Positions 51,910 to 61,749 of a stretch of 64,000 bases of DNA are shown one piece after another. The translations under genes and the position numbers were made by a program. The DNA lies in the NCBI GenBank assembly GCA_001771545.1, contig MEUC01000011.1:10071-74070 (forward strand), written 5' to 3'. This DNA is from a candidate division WOR-1 bacterium RIFOXYB2_FULL_42_35. GTDB lineage: Bacteria; Margulisbacteria; WOR-1; O2-12-FULL-45-9. The notes beneath the pieces are model-generated. The model searched no databases. It saw nothing but the letters and a program-made list of their open reading frames with translations, and was not told the DNA's origin. Numbering within the stretch: the first letter of the stretch is position 1; every line of letters begins with the position of its first letter.

Positions 51910-53174
51910 AAATACTTCAAGGCCTTTTTCCCAATATCCTTCCGATACTGCATCCCTTTAAACTTAATCATCTCAACAGCTTGATAAGCATTTTTAATCG
52001 CAAACTTAATGTTGTCTCCAAGTGCGGTAACGCCTAAGACTCTCCCGCCAGAGGTGACTGGGCCAGGAAACTTTGTGCCTGCATGAAACACATAAGCATT
52101 GGCTAATTGGTCAACTTTATCAATGCCAGTTATTGGCATCCCTTTCTCATATTTACCAGGATAGCCGCCAGCTGCAATTACCACGCACACCGCAGCCTTC
52201 TCATGCCACTCAATCTCACGATTATTTAACTTGCCATCAATGACTGCTTGAAAGATTGGCACAATGTCACTCTTCATCCGCATTAGAATTGGTTGAGTTT
52301 CTGGATCACCAAAGCGACAGTTAAATTCTAAAACCTTGGGTCCTTGTTTTGTGACCATAATCCCAGCATAGATAATTCCTTTATAAGGAATCCCTTCTTG
52401 TGCCATACCCGCCACTAAGGGACGCAATACTTCTACATCAATTTGTGACATTAAATGATCGGTGATAACTGGTGCCGGTGAATAAGCCCCCATACCGCCA
52501 GTGTTTGGTCCTTTGTCACCATCATAAATTCGCTTATGATCTTGAGACGTTTCGAGTGGAACAATTGATTTGCCATCAGTTAGAGCAAGAATGGAAGCTT
52601 CTTCACCGACTAAACACTCTTCAATGACAACTGTGTCTCCAGCAGAACCAAACTCTTTCTTTTCCATAATATCTTTAACTGCTGTGATAGCTTCCGCAGT
52701 GGTCTGACAAATCAAGACCCCCTTGCCTGCTGCTAAACCATCGGCTTTAACCACAATTGGCGCGCCCATTTCATTAATATAAGCAATGGCTTTAGCTGGA
52801 TCGGTAAAAATACCGGTTTGCGCAGTAGGTATATCGTATTTAACCATAATGTTTTTGGCAAAAGCTTTACTACCTTCTAATTGTGCTGCAGCTTTGCTAG
52901 GACCAAAGGCTTTTAAGCCGGCCTTGTCAAATTCATCAACCACACCAAGGACTAGAGGAATTTCTGGGCCAACAACGGTTAGATCAATCTTCTTTTCTTG
53001 AGCAAAATTTAGGAGGCCGGCGATATCGTCAACTTTGATATTAACATTTTCCGCAAACTCTGCAGTCCCAGCGTTACCAGGCGCACAGTAGATTTTATCA
53101 ACTTTAGGACTTTGGGAGATTTTCCAGACTAAGGCGTGCTCGCGACCGCCAGAGCCGATGACTAAGACTTTCAT
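51906..53174 (-). CDS. purD: phosphoribosylamine-glycine ligase
   Basis: GSGGREHA, KADGLAAGKGV, GPNTGGMG and EFNCRFGDPE motifs. Confidence 0.98.
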   Translation of the reverse strand: MKVLVIGSGGREHALVWKISQSPKVDKIYCAPGNAGTAEFAENVNIKVDDIAGLLNFAQEKKIDLTVVGPEIPLVLGVVDEFDKAGLKAFGPSKAAAQLEGSKAFAKNIMVKYDIPTAQTGIFTDPAKAIAYINEMGAPIVVKADGLAAGKGVLICQTTAEAITAVKDIMEKKEFGSAGDTVVIEECLVGEEASILALTDGKSIVPLETSQDHKRIYDGDKGPNTGGMGAYSPAPVITDHLMSQIDVEVLRPLVAGMAQEGIPYKGIIYAGIMVTKQGPKVLEFNCRFGDPETQPILMRMKSDIVPIFQAVIDGKLNNREIEWHEKAAVCVVIAAGGYPGKYEKGMPITGIDKVDQLANAYVFHAGTKFPGPVTSGGRVLGVTALGDNIKFAIKNAYQAVEMIKFKGMQYRKDIGKKALKYL

Positions 53175-54871
53175 TTGTTAGCCTCCTTAATATCAACTAA
53201 CGAGAGTTGAACGCTCTCAAACCCGTTCCATAAATTTGTTTCTAAACGATAAGCAATGTCGTACATATTATTATAATTGAGTTCAGCCGCTTTTTCACCT
53301 AGGCCAAAGCCAATGGAATCAAAACTATTGCCCTCTTTCGCAAACTTGGCCTTAAGATGCCTGCCATCAGCGCCAACAGCTCTCATGCTCTCAATTTTCA
53401 TCCCCTTAGTCACAAAGATAGGAACTCTGTTTCCTTCTCCATAAGGGCCTAAAACGCTTAACTCTTTAGCTAGGCTCATAGTAATAACCTTAGCCTCAAG
53501 TTCAGCATCAATTAAAAGCCTGGCCTTCAAATCCTCGTCAGAAATTAATTCTGCAGCTTTTTCCTGTAAACGTTTTTTAAGTTCAGGGATTTTATCTACA
53601 GCCACTTCAAAACCAGCCGCTCCCTCATGCCCGCCAAAATCTAAAAACAAATCCCGGCAAGAATCCAGTAAAGCATAGATATTAACTCCACCAATTGAAC
53701 GCGCAGAACCACGACCAACCCCATCGTTAATACCAATTAAAACCGCTGGGCAACCTAATTGATCAACTACCCGTGAAGCCACAATCCCAATCACCCCAGG
53801 GTGCCAACCCTCACCTTCCAGCACCACAACTTTAGCTCCTGCTGGTTGATCTTTTAATCTTTCAAAGACTTCCTCACGAATATCTTTGCCAATACCTTGC
53901 CGCCGCGTATTAATCTTATTAAGTTCAGCTGCTAAAGCTTGAACCTCATCAGCATCTTCGGACAAAAATAATTCAACTGATTTTGAAGCATGTTCAATCC
54001 GACCAGCTGCGTTAATCCGCGGGGCCAAACCAAAATAGATTTGATTTTCAGTGATTTGGTCCTTAAGCGAAGAAGCTTCCGCTAAGGCTTTAATTCCTAA
54101 ACGCTTCCGCTCATTGATAAGCTTAAGCCCACCAACTGCGATAACCCTGTTTTCTTCATTTAATGGCACTACATCAGAAAAAGTACCCAAGGCTGCTAAA
54201 TCCAGTAAGGAAGTTAAAAACTCAACATCTTTAAGCTTGGCAACTTTAAGTAAAGCCCAAGCAAACTTAAAAGCTACTCCAGAACCAGACAAATATTTTG
54301 AGGGCTGTTCATTGGGGATTAATTTTGGATTGACCAGCGCATAAGCATTAGGCAACTGCTGGGGAATATTATGATGATCAGTCACCACAACTTCCAGACC
54401 CAAACGGTTGGCTTCATCAACCTCTTTAACACTGGCAATGCCACAATCAACCGTGACGATTAACTTAACTCCAGAATCAGCAATTTTTTTAACGGCTTCA
54501 ATTGATAAGCTATAGCCTTCTCCATAACGATCGGGTATATAGTAAGCAACTTCAATCCCCAAATGTCTGAGAGTTTGAACCAAAATCGTCGTACCAGTAA
54601 CGCCGTCAACATCATAATCACCATAGATCAGAACTTTCTCGCCTTTTTCTTTAGCCAGTAGCACCCTTTCCGCAGCTTTAACAATATTGGGGATTTCAAA
54701 GGGGTTGCGTAAGTTTTTTAAAGTGGGTTTTAAGAAAACTTCTGCTTCTGGAAGGGTTTTGACACCACGATTAAGCAAAACTTGGGCAATGATGAGGGAA
54801 ACAGAAAGGCTTTGAGAAAGTTTTTCAGCCAGCACAGGCACCGGCTTAACAAGCTGCCATATTTTATCCAT
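53171..54871 (-). CDS. recJ: ssDNA exonuclease RecJ
   Basis: GDYDVDG, TVDCG, TDHH, PRINAAGR and GGH motifs. Confidence 0.97.
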   Translation of the reverse strand: MDKIWQLVKPVPVLAEKLSQSLSVSLIIAQVLLNRGVKTLPEAEVFLKPTLKNLRNPFEIPNIVKAAERVLLAKEKGEKVLIYGDYDVDGVTGTTILVQTLRHLGIEVAYYIPDRYGEGYSLSIEAVKKIADSGVKLIVTVDCGIASVKEVDEANRLGLEVVVTDHHNIPQQLPNAYALVNPKLIPNEQPSKYLSGSGVAFKFAWALLKVAKLKDVEFLTSLLDLAALGTFSDVVPLNEENRVIAVGGLKLINERKRLGIKALAEASSLKDQITENQIYFGLAPRINAAGRIEHASKSVELFLSEDADEVQALAAELNKINTRRQGIGKDIREEVFERLKDQPAGAKVVVLEGEGWHPGVIGIVASRVVDQLGCPAVLIGINDGVGRGSARSIGGVNIYALLDSCRDLFLDFGGHEGAAGFEVAVDKIPELKKRLQEKAAELISDEDLKARLLIDAELEAKVITMSLAKELSVLGPYGEGNRVPIFVTKGMKIESMRAVGADGRHLKAKFAKEGNSFDSIGFGLGEKAAELNYNNMYDIAYRLETNLWNGFESVQLSLVDIKEANK

Positions 54872-55844
54872 TAGAACTATAGTACTTAAGAGCCCTTTCT
54901 ATCCCCTGACGAAAACTTATCTTATGTTTAAAGCCTAAGCGATGCAATTTTGTTGGGTCACCAGCACGGGCAAAGACCCCTTCAGGTTTGTCGGAAGCAC
55001 CTCGCACATCAGGAGAGAAACCATAAATCTCCGCGACAATCTTAACAAAATCAATAAAACTAGTGTATATACCTGTGGCAAGGTTAATTGCACCGCCATC
55101 ATCAATCTTATCCATGGTTGCCAAAATTCCGGCAACACAATCTTCGATATGAATAAAGTCCCTCATCTGCTTGCCAGTGCCCCAAACTTGAATTACCGGA
55201 GCCGCCCTATTGGCCAGGACACGTTTACAAATGCTTGGGAAAGGATAATTGTCATCCTGATCTTCACCATAGCCGGAGAAAGGCCGATAAACAACTGACT
55301 TTAAACCATGTTTATCATAAGCAAGTTTGGCCAAATACTCACAGGTAAGCTTGGCCCAGCCATAACTCATATCAGGCATGCCAATATCGTCGGCAAAAGA
55401 GATCATTTCTTCTTTGAGCAGTTGATAACCTTTACAGCGCTGATATTTGATGGGATAAGCTGCACTCGAACTAAAACAAAGACTTTTTTTAGGCTTAGTG
55501 CGGACCGCCCACTGCCAATATTCCGCATCAATTGATAAATCATCAGCCACAGCTAAGGGGTTATCTTCAATCATCAACCGGCCGCCAACCATTGCTGCCA
55601 AGTGAAAACAATAATCGAAATCGTTATCCTTAATCCTGGTAAAATAATCACGGCAATCTTCATGATAGAAATGGAAATTTTTATAATCCCGGGGTTGAAA
55701 CAAGGGCCACTTTTCTGGAAGTAACCCGCCGGTTAAAGGAACTATCTTGTCAACACAATGAACCTCATCCCCCAATTCAAGCAACCGCCCAATAACATGA
55801 CGCCCCACAAAACCAGCGCCCCCGGTTACTAAAATCTTACGCAT
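54864..55844 (-). CDS. NAD-dependent nucleotide-sugar epimerase/dehydratase
   Basis: GGAGFVG, SSSAAY, YGWAK and RDFIHIED motifs; likely start MRKIL at 55844. Confidence 0.92.
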   Translation of the reverse strand: MRKILVTGGAGFVGRHVIGRLLELGDEVHCVDKIVPLTGGLLPEKWPLFQPRDYKNFHFYHEDCRDYFTRIKDNDFDYCFHLAAMVGGRLMIEDNPLAVADDLSIDAEYWQWAVRTKPKKSLCFSSSAAYPIKYQRCKGYQLLKEEMISFADDIGMPDMSYGWAKLTCEYLAKLAYDKHGLKSVVYRPFSGYGEDQDDNYPFPSICKRVLANRAAPVIQVWGTGKQMRDFIHIEDCVAGILATMDKIDDGGAINLATGIYTSFIDFVKIVAEIYGFSPDVRGASDKPEGVFARAGDPTKLHRLGFKHKISFRQGIERALKYYSSNG

Positions 55845-56754
55845 TAAAATGCCTCCTGTACAAAGCAAAGGCTTGTTTTGACCGTTCTGGTAAATAAGCC
55901 AACAGCGTCTCTGGATCATGGGAAATCGCCTTGAGTAGTTCAAAATTGTTTTCATAACCAATATACTCTTTTTTCATGTCCACAACAAGATCATGAATAT
56001 TCCTTTGCTGATAAACCGAAGCTTTATTAAAAACTACTTTAGCCCCTCTAGCCTGGACATAGTAAGCGGCCCAAATATCATCCATACGACCAACATGAGG
56101 GAATAAAAAATAATCCTTAAGCAAACTTCCTTTAAGAAAAGTGTTCTGCGAGTTAAAAGGCGCAGGCTTATTGGCTGCCAAGGGAAAAAATCCCGGCTCA
56201 AAATTACATTCTGGAGCATAGATCATCCGGCACACCGCATCAATATCCGGATCTCCGTTCCAAAAATCAGCTTGAACATCACAAATTATTTTCTGTTTTT
56301 TTATACGACTATAGTCCCTTTTGGGCACAAGTTGCAACGGGTAGCCTCGATGCCAAAGATGTTTTTCGTTGGTTGCCCCAACCGGATCAAAAGCCGGCAA
56401 ATCAGTATCGTAATAATTTACCTCAACTTCTTTTCCCAACAAAAGATCCTCACCCCAGCCTTCGTAAGGAATATTATCATCATCAATCACAGCCACAACA
56501 TCCGCCTTCATATCGTGGGCCCAAAGCAAGCCAAAGCTGCGGCGTTGGATACATTTCCAGCCAATTGCATCAGAAAGCTTCTGATCGTACTTCTCTTGTT
56601 CGGCTGGTGATATATAAAGACCGTTTTTTAATTTGTAATCTTTGGGAGTCTTTAGGTCTCCAATCACCACAATGGTCCAATCCGACCTGGCATCAAAACG
56701 CTCAATTGCTTCGGTGGGCGGATTGATTGTTGTAGTTACAATTACTTTTTTCAT
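55837..56754 (-). CDS. STELLO/DUF288- or GT75 (RGP mutase)-like protein
   Basis: VTTTIN.PT, VIGDLKTP, IDDDN, WHRGYP, GDPDIDA, FNSQNT and GRMDDIW motifs. Confidence 0.8.
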   Translation of the reverse strand: MKKVIVTTTINPPTEAIERFDARSDWTIVVIGDLKTPKDYKLKNGLYISPAEQEKYDQKLSDAIGWKCIQRRSFGLLWAHDMKADVVAVIDDDNIPYEGWGEDLLLGKEVEVNYYDTDLPAFDPVGATNEKHLWHRGYPLQLVPKRDYSRIKKQKIICDVQADFWNGDPDIDAVCRMIYAPECNFEPGFFPLAANKPAPFNSQNTFLKGSLLKDYFLFPHVGRMDDIWAAYYVQARGAKVVFNKASVYQQRNIHDLVVDMKKEYIGYENNFELLKAISHDPETLLAYLPERSKQAFALYRRHFNA

Positions 56755-57503
56755 TTGCTTTCCCCTTTTAAAATTTGCTTTCGAGAATATAACAATGTTT
56801 TTAAACCAATGCGAAAGTATTCGAAATTACGCATAAAGCTATTCTGGGTTCCCCCTTCTGCCCGGGCCTTCCATTCTGCCGGAATCTCTCTAACCTTCAC
56901 CCCTAACTTAAGGGGCTTGACAATCGTTTCAAAAAGAAAGGGATGCCTGGTTTCTTCCCAGTTGATCGCTTGAACCAGCCTAGTTGGAAAGAGACGATAA
57001 CCATAAGTCATATCTGTTAAATTTGTTCGATAAAGCAAGCAAAAAAACTTTTGAAAGATAAAGTTGAATACAAACTTTATCGGACTGTACCCTTCAAATC
57101 CCCCACCCATTATCCAGCGTGAGCCCGTAATAATCATAGCTGGGTTTTCTTTCGCTTCGAGGATGAAGTCCTTGACTTTGTCGGGCGGGGTTTCCAGATC
57201 GGAAGCCATCATTAAAACATGGCTGGCAGAGGCACGCAGAAACGAGTCACGCATTGCCCCTCCCAAAAATGGCCGGGTTTGCTCAAAAACTTTAACCTTC
57301 TCCCCATATTTCTCCCTAACCTTTTCACACACCTTCAAGCTTTCAGGCAGTGTCTTTTTGCAAATAACAATTAATAGCTCTAAAACGTCATCACTGCACC
57401 CTGACATGATAATGTCGACAGTTTTCTCAAGTGAGGTTGTTTCATTCACAACCGGCAAAATAATAGAAACCGCCTTAAACGGAATACTGAGTAGGTCTCG
57501 CAT
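56751..57503 (-). CDS. GT2 glycosyltransferase (polyprenol-phosphate/Dpm1-like)
   Basis: ILPVVNE, ITGSRW..GG and TDMTYGYRL motifs; likely start MRDLL. Confidence 0.85.
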   Translation of the reverse strand: MRDLLSIPFKAVSIILPVVNETTSLEKTVDIIMSGCSDDVLELLIVICKKTLPESLKVCEKVREKYGEKVKVFEQTRPFLGGAMRDSFLRASASHVLMMASDLETPPDKVKDFILEAKENPAMIITGSRWIMGGGFEGYSPIKFVFNFIFQKFFCLLYRTNLTDMTYGYRLFPTRLVQAINWEETRHPFLFETIVKPLKLGVKVREIPAEWKARAEGGTQNSFMRNFEYFRIGLKTLLYSRKQILKGESK

Positions 57504-57523
57504 CAGCTTATCCTTTTCTACCA

Positions 57524-58999
57524 TTAACTGACAATCACAGAAAAAATATGCCCCACAACTTTTAACCACAAAAAGAAAGCATCGATTTTACCCCCGAAAT
57601 ATTGTTGGAAGGTCAAATCTCCTGCTCGAGGGATCATGCCATAAGCCCACTGAAAATAAAAGAGTAAATTAAAAATTATCAGGAGAGAAAACAAGCCCAG
57701 CACCGAATAAAAAACTGTCTTATATTTCTTCAGCCAATTAAGCAAATTAGCTAATCCCCAGGCAAAGATGATTGAACAGCTTAAAAATCTTCTGCCGCCA
57801 AAGGCCCAACCACCATCCCAAGCCGCTGCCGCACTATTAACATAGAGCTCAAAAAGAAAAATCAGCAAAAAAGAGAGGAAGATCAAAAGTTGTTGTCTGT
57901 CTTTCCTATTAAAAATAAATAGTCCCAGCAAGGTAAAGAGAATGATCGGCGTATAGGTAATTAGTCCATGATTACTAGAAAACATGACAGGGATAACGTG
58001 CGGATTAGACCATTGCATAAATCCAGCTCTTTGCGGATTAGCAATAAAAGCCCCTTCCAGGATCTTCCAAGCCAACATTTGTGGGATAAAACAAACCACC
58101 ATGACAAACCCCATTAGAAAAAGTCCCAATATTAAGCTAAGCGGGATTTTTTTATTTCGCCAGATAAGTACCAAAGACTCAAACAAAACCGGGAAAAAGA
58201 TGAAAAAAACGTCCTGGGGACGAATTAGCATAACCAGACCACTCCACACCCCTAGAATAAGCCAGTCTTTATTGCTTTTATTCAACCAAGTCTTGTACCA
58301 AAAATAAATCAAACCTGAAACAGCAAAAACCGTGGGAATGTGGGACATTGTCGGTTCGTGAAACTCATAAAAAATCAGCGGGGAAGCATAAAAAAGAAAG
58401 AAAAAAGCCAAAAAACTAATAACTGGCGAGAAGAAAAACCTTAAAAAGAAATAGATAAACAAAAAACCGATCAAGCCATAGAACATTGACAGCATCACTA
58501 TAAAAAAATCATAGACAAAGGAAACCCCATTGGTTGGCAAATTAGCCCCAAACAAATTCATCCCATGAGAAACCGCATGGCCAACAAAAAATGCCGGGGA
58601 CCAAAGAATAGCCGGCCCAACTGACCAGGGATTAAAGGTTAAACCTGTAGGAGATTTTTCTTCTTCTCCCCACCTTTTCCAGCCAAAAAGGGTAAAATCA
58701 TTTTTAAAATCCAAATCGTGATCAATTACAGTTGAACGCAAATAAGAATAATAGCCAATGCAATCAACCTCAGAGATAATAAAATATTGATAACCTAAGC
58801 GCGGCAAAACCTGTTTCATTTCATAAAAGTAAGAGCCAACATAGGGGACATTGATCATGGCTCTAAAAACCGGGGTCAAAGAACCAATAAAAACCAGAAG
58901 AACAATCAGGCTAACAGCCAAGCGATCATTAAATGGCCAGAAACGCTTGATGATTCCTTTAAACTCTTGCTTGGGTTCTTTTTTTTTATTTTGTTTCAT
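57524..58999 (-). CDS. polytopic GT-C-type membrane glycosyltransferase
   Basis: D..GYYSYLRS...DHDLDF loop, MSH, HGLITYTP and WDGGWAFGGRRF motifs; many TM segments. Confidence 0.8.
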   Translation of the reverse strand: MKQNKKKEPKQEFKGIIKRFWPFNDRLAVSLIVLLVFIGSLTPVFRAMINVPYVGSYFYEMKQVLPRLGYQYFIISEVDCIGYYSYLRSTVIDHDLDFKNDFTLFGWKRWGEEEKSPTGLTFNPWSVGPAILWSPAFFVGHAVSHGMNLFGANLPTNGVSFVYDFFIVMLSMFYGLIGFLFIYFFLRFFFSPVISFLAFFFLFYASPLIFYEFHEPTMSHIPTVFAVSGLIYFWYKTWLNKSNKDWLILGVWSGLVMLIRPQDVFFIFFPVLFESLVLIWRNKKIPLSLILGLFLMGFVMVVCFIPQMLAWKILEGAFIANPQRAGFMQWSNPHVIPVMFSSNHGLITYTPIILFTLLGLFIFNRKDRQQLLIFLSFLLIFLFELYVNSAAAAWDGGWAFGGRRFLSCSIIFAWGLANLLNWLKKYKTVFYSVLGLFSLLIIFNLLFYFQWAYGMIPRAGDLTFQQYFGGKIDAFFLWLKVVGHIFSVIVS

Positions 59000-59120
59000 T
59001 AGGAATAAGTTTTCTCAATAAAATTAAGATGATAAATAATACAATTAATACTGTTACCATTCAAGAGGTCAAAGAGACAGAGGTCAAAGAGCTAGCAGCA
59101 AGGTTTCAAATCAAGCTAAG

Positions 59121-59561
59121 TTATTCTTTTTTAATCAGCATTAACTTTTGGCCGTATTCCACCGGTTGCCCATCTTCAACCAAGATCTTTTCAATCTTTC
59201 CGCTGACCTCCGCCTCAATCTCATTAAACAATTTCATGGCCTCAATAATACAAACAACCTTAGCCGGATCAACTGAATCCCCCACTTTAACAAAGGACGG
59301 TGATCCAGGGGAAGGTGAACGGTAAAAAGTTCCTACCATCGGAGAAGTAATGGCAATTAACCCATCATCTTCATTAACTTGTGCTACTGGCGCAGAAGCT
59401 AGGGGTGCCGGAGCAGCTATTGTCATGGGCTGACTGGCCACAACCTTGCCATTTTCCGCCTTAACTTCATATTTGACCCCATTTTCTTCAACCGACAAAC
59501 CAGTAATCTCTTCATCTTTGATAACTTTTATTAATTTTTTAAGCAAATCCCAATCAACCAT
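59121..59561 (-). CDS. accB: acetyl-CoA carboxylase biotin carboxyl carrier protein
   Basis: [13 protein letters not shown] and EAMK motifs. Confidence 0.97.
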   Translation of the reverse strand: MVDWDLLKKLIKVIKDEEITGLSVEENGVKYEVKAENGKVVASQPMTIAAPAPLASAPVAQVNEDDGLIAITSPMVGTFYRSPSPGSPSFVKVGDSVDPAKVVCIIEAMKLFNEIEAEVSGKIEKILVEDGQPVEYGQKLMLIKKE

Positions 59562-59571
59562 GAGTCACCTC

Positions 59572-60126
59572 CTATACTCTACCACAATATTTACCGTCTC
59601 TGGTATCAACTTTTAAAAGATCACCTTCATTAACAAAAAAAGGGACTTGAACCACTAAACCTGTCTCCATAGTAGCAGGCTTGCCACCAGAAACAGTATC
59701 ACCCTTAAAACCCGGAGAAGTTTCCGTAACTTTTAATTCCACAGCCGTTGGCAGATTAACATCCAAAACCTCATCATCATAAAAAGCAATCGTAGCAACA
59801 AAGCCCTCTCTTAAGTACTTAATGGCATCCTCAACCTTCTTAGCGGGGATAGCCACCTGTTCAAAAGTGGTTTGCTCCATAAAGTGGACGAAATCCTGGT
59901 CAGCATAAAGATACTGCATTTGTTTATAATCAATATGAGCGGCTTCAACCTTCTCCCCGGGCTTAAAGGTTTTTTCGATAATTGCCCCGGTGCGCATGTT
60001 TTTGAATTTAATCTTAATCCAGCTCTGCTGGGCAGCTCGCTGATGATGGTATTCTAAACAACGAAACAACTGTCCATCAAGAACAACTGTTAGACCTGGT
60101 TTTACCTCGTTAATTGAAACTGACAT
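59572..60126 (-). CDS. efp: elongation factor P
   Basis: MQYLY, PGFKGDT, KPATMETG..VQVP.F and KVDTRDGKY motifs; start MSVSI. Confidence 0.95.
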   Translation of the reverse strand: MSVSINEVKPGLTVVLDGQLFRCLEYHHQRAAQQSWIKIKFKNMRTGAIIEKTFKPGEKVEAAHIDYKQMQYLYADQDFVHFMEQTTFEQVAIPAKKVEDAIKYLREGFVATIAFYDDEVLDVNLPTAVELKVTETSPGFKGDTVSGGKPATMETGLVVQVPFFVNEGDLLKVDTRDGKYCGRV

Positions 60127-60134
60127 ATTTTGGT

Positions 60135-60175
60135 AGTATATCAATCTTGACGGTCTATTTCAAGTCAGGTAGAAT
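60135..60175. promoter_or_regulatory. overlapping divergent sigma70 promoters (efp / plsY)
   Basis: Plus strand TTGACG-N17-TAGAAT; minus strand TTGAAA-N17-TATACT. Confidence 0.7.
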
Positions 60176-60181
60176 GACTTG

Positions 60182-60766
60182 ATGATTTTTTTAGTCTTAT
60201 TATCCGCCTATTTGCTCGGTTCAATCCCCTTTGGTTTAATCATTGGCAGGTTGTGGAAGATTGATGTTAGGCAGCACGGTTCAGGCAATATCGGGGCTAC
60301 CAATGTTTTTCGCATCCTGGGCCCTGTTCCAGGAGTGATTGTCTTTGTCCTGGACATGTTAAAAGGTTACGTTAGTATCTTGCTGGCTAGCCAGCTAATC
60401 GGCGACCCCTGGTTAATCATTGCAACAGGATTAATTGTTATTTTGGGCCATATGTTTCCCCTCTTCTTAAAATTTAAAGGCGGTCGCGGGGTTGCCACTG
60501 GAGTCGGAGTTTTATTAGGATTATCTCCTCTGACTTTTTTAATTGCCATGTCTACTTTTGTTTTAGTACTATTCGTAACCCGTTATGTTTCATTAAGTTC
60601 AATGCTGGCCACAATTGTAGCTGCAATCATTTTTTTTATTACCAAGAAACCACTACCCTACCTTACCATTGTAGTGGTTGGAACACTATTAATTATTTGG
60701 AAACACCGGCCCAATATCCACCGCTTACTTAATAAAACAGAACCAAAGATTGGAGTAAAAAAATGA
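60182..60766 (+). CDS. plsY: glycerol-3-phosphate acyltransferase PlsY
   Basis: YLLGSIP, GSGNIGATN, FKGGRGVAT and HRPNI motifs. Confidence 0.97.
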   Translation: MIFLVLLSAYLLGSIPFGLIIGRLWKIDVRQHGSGNIGATNVFRILGPVPGVIVFVLDMLKGYVSILLASQLIGDPWLIIATGLIVILGHMFPLFLKFKGGRGVATGVGVLLGLSPLTFLIAMSTFVLVLFVTRYVSLSSMLATIVAAIIFFITKKPLPYLTIVVVGTLLIIWKHRPNIHRLLNKTEPKIGVKK

Positions 60767-61749
60767 GTAAAATCGCAGTTATTGGTGCTGGCGCCTGGGG
60801 AACGACCATCTCACTCTTACTAGCCCAAAACAATCATCAAGTCACCTTGTGGGTCTTTGAAAAAGAGTTAGTTAAAGAAATGCAAACGAGCAGAGAAAAC
60901 GAGAAATTTCTACCAGGTTTTCAGTTGCCAGAAAATATTGAGGTCGCCAGTGAGCCTGAACAATTAGAATCTGCCCAAATCTTCTTTTTTGTCGTACCGA
61001 CTCAATTCTTACGTTCAACCGCTAAACAATTTAAACAGATTATTCCTCCCGAAGCAATTGTTGTTTGTGCTAGTAAAGGGATTGAAAACAAAACTTCTCG
61101 ATTGCCTTTAGACATTTTAGCCGAGGAACTTGGCAACACCAATTTAGTTATTCTTTCTGGCCCAAATTTATCGGCAGAAATTGCTAAGGGTCTGCCGGCT
61201 GCAGCTGTCGCTGCCTCAGTAGACGAGAAAAACGCCAAAACAGTTCAGGAAACTTTAATGCTAGAGCGCTTTAGGGTTTACACCAACACAGATCCTTTGG
61301 GAGTCCAAATAGCTGCCAGTTTAAAAAACATTATGGCAATTGCAGCCGGAATTATCGACGAACTAGACTTGGGCAATAATGCTAAAGCCGGGTTATTAAT
61401 TCGTGGCATGGCAGAAATTACTCGCCTGGGACTGGCCATGGGTGCTAAAGCCGAAACCTTTGCCGGCCTTTCCGGTATGGGTGATTTAATCACCACCTGT
61501 TCCAGCAAACTCTCCAGAAACCACTATGTTGGCGAACAAATTGCCCTGGGTAAAAAATTAACAGAAATCGTTCAATCAACAAATCACATCGCTGAAGGTG
61601 TTACAACTACAAAAGCTGCCCTTGAGTTAGCAAAGAAATATAAAGTTACTTTGCCAATTACTGAAAAAGTTTATCAGGTCCTCTACGAAGATAAAGATCC
61701 TTTTCAAGCCATTAATGAGTTGATGACCAGAACCGCTAAGAGCGAGTAG
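60763..61749 (+). CDS. gpsA: NAD(P)H-dependent glycerol-3-phosphate dehydrogenase
   Basis: GAGAWG, SKG, SGPN, LKN and GDLITTC..SRN motifs. Confidence 0.97.
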   Translation: MSKIAVIGAGAWGTTISLLLAQNNHQVTLWVFEKELVKEMQTSRENEKFLPGFQLPENIEVASEPEQLESAQIFFFVVPTQFLRSTAKQFKQIIPPEAIVVCASKGIENKTSRLPLDILAEELGNTNLVILSGPNLSAEIAKGLPAAAVAASVDEKNAKTVQETLMLERFRVYTNTDPLGVQIAASLKNIMAIAAGIIDELDLGNNAKAGLLIRGMAEITRLGLAMGAKAETFAGLSGMGDLITTCSSKLSRNHYVGEQIALGKKLTEIVQSTNHIAEGVTTTKAALELAKKYKVTLPITEKVYQVLYEDKDPFQAINELMTRTAKSE

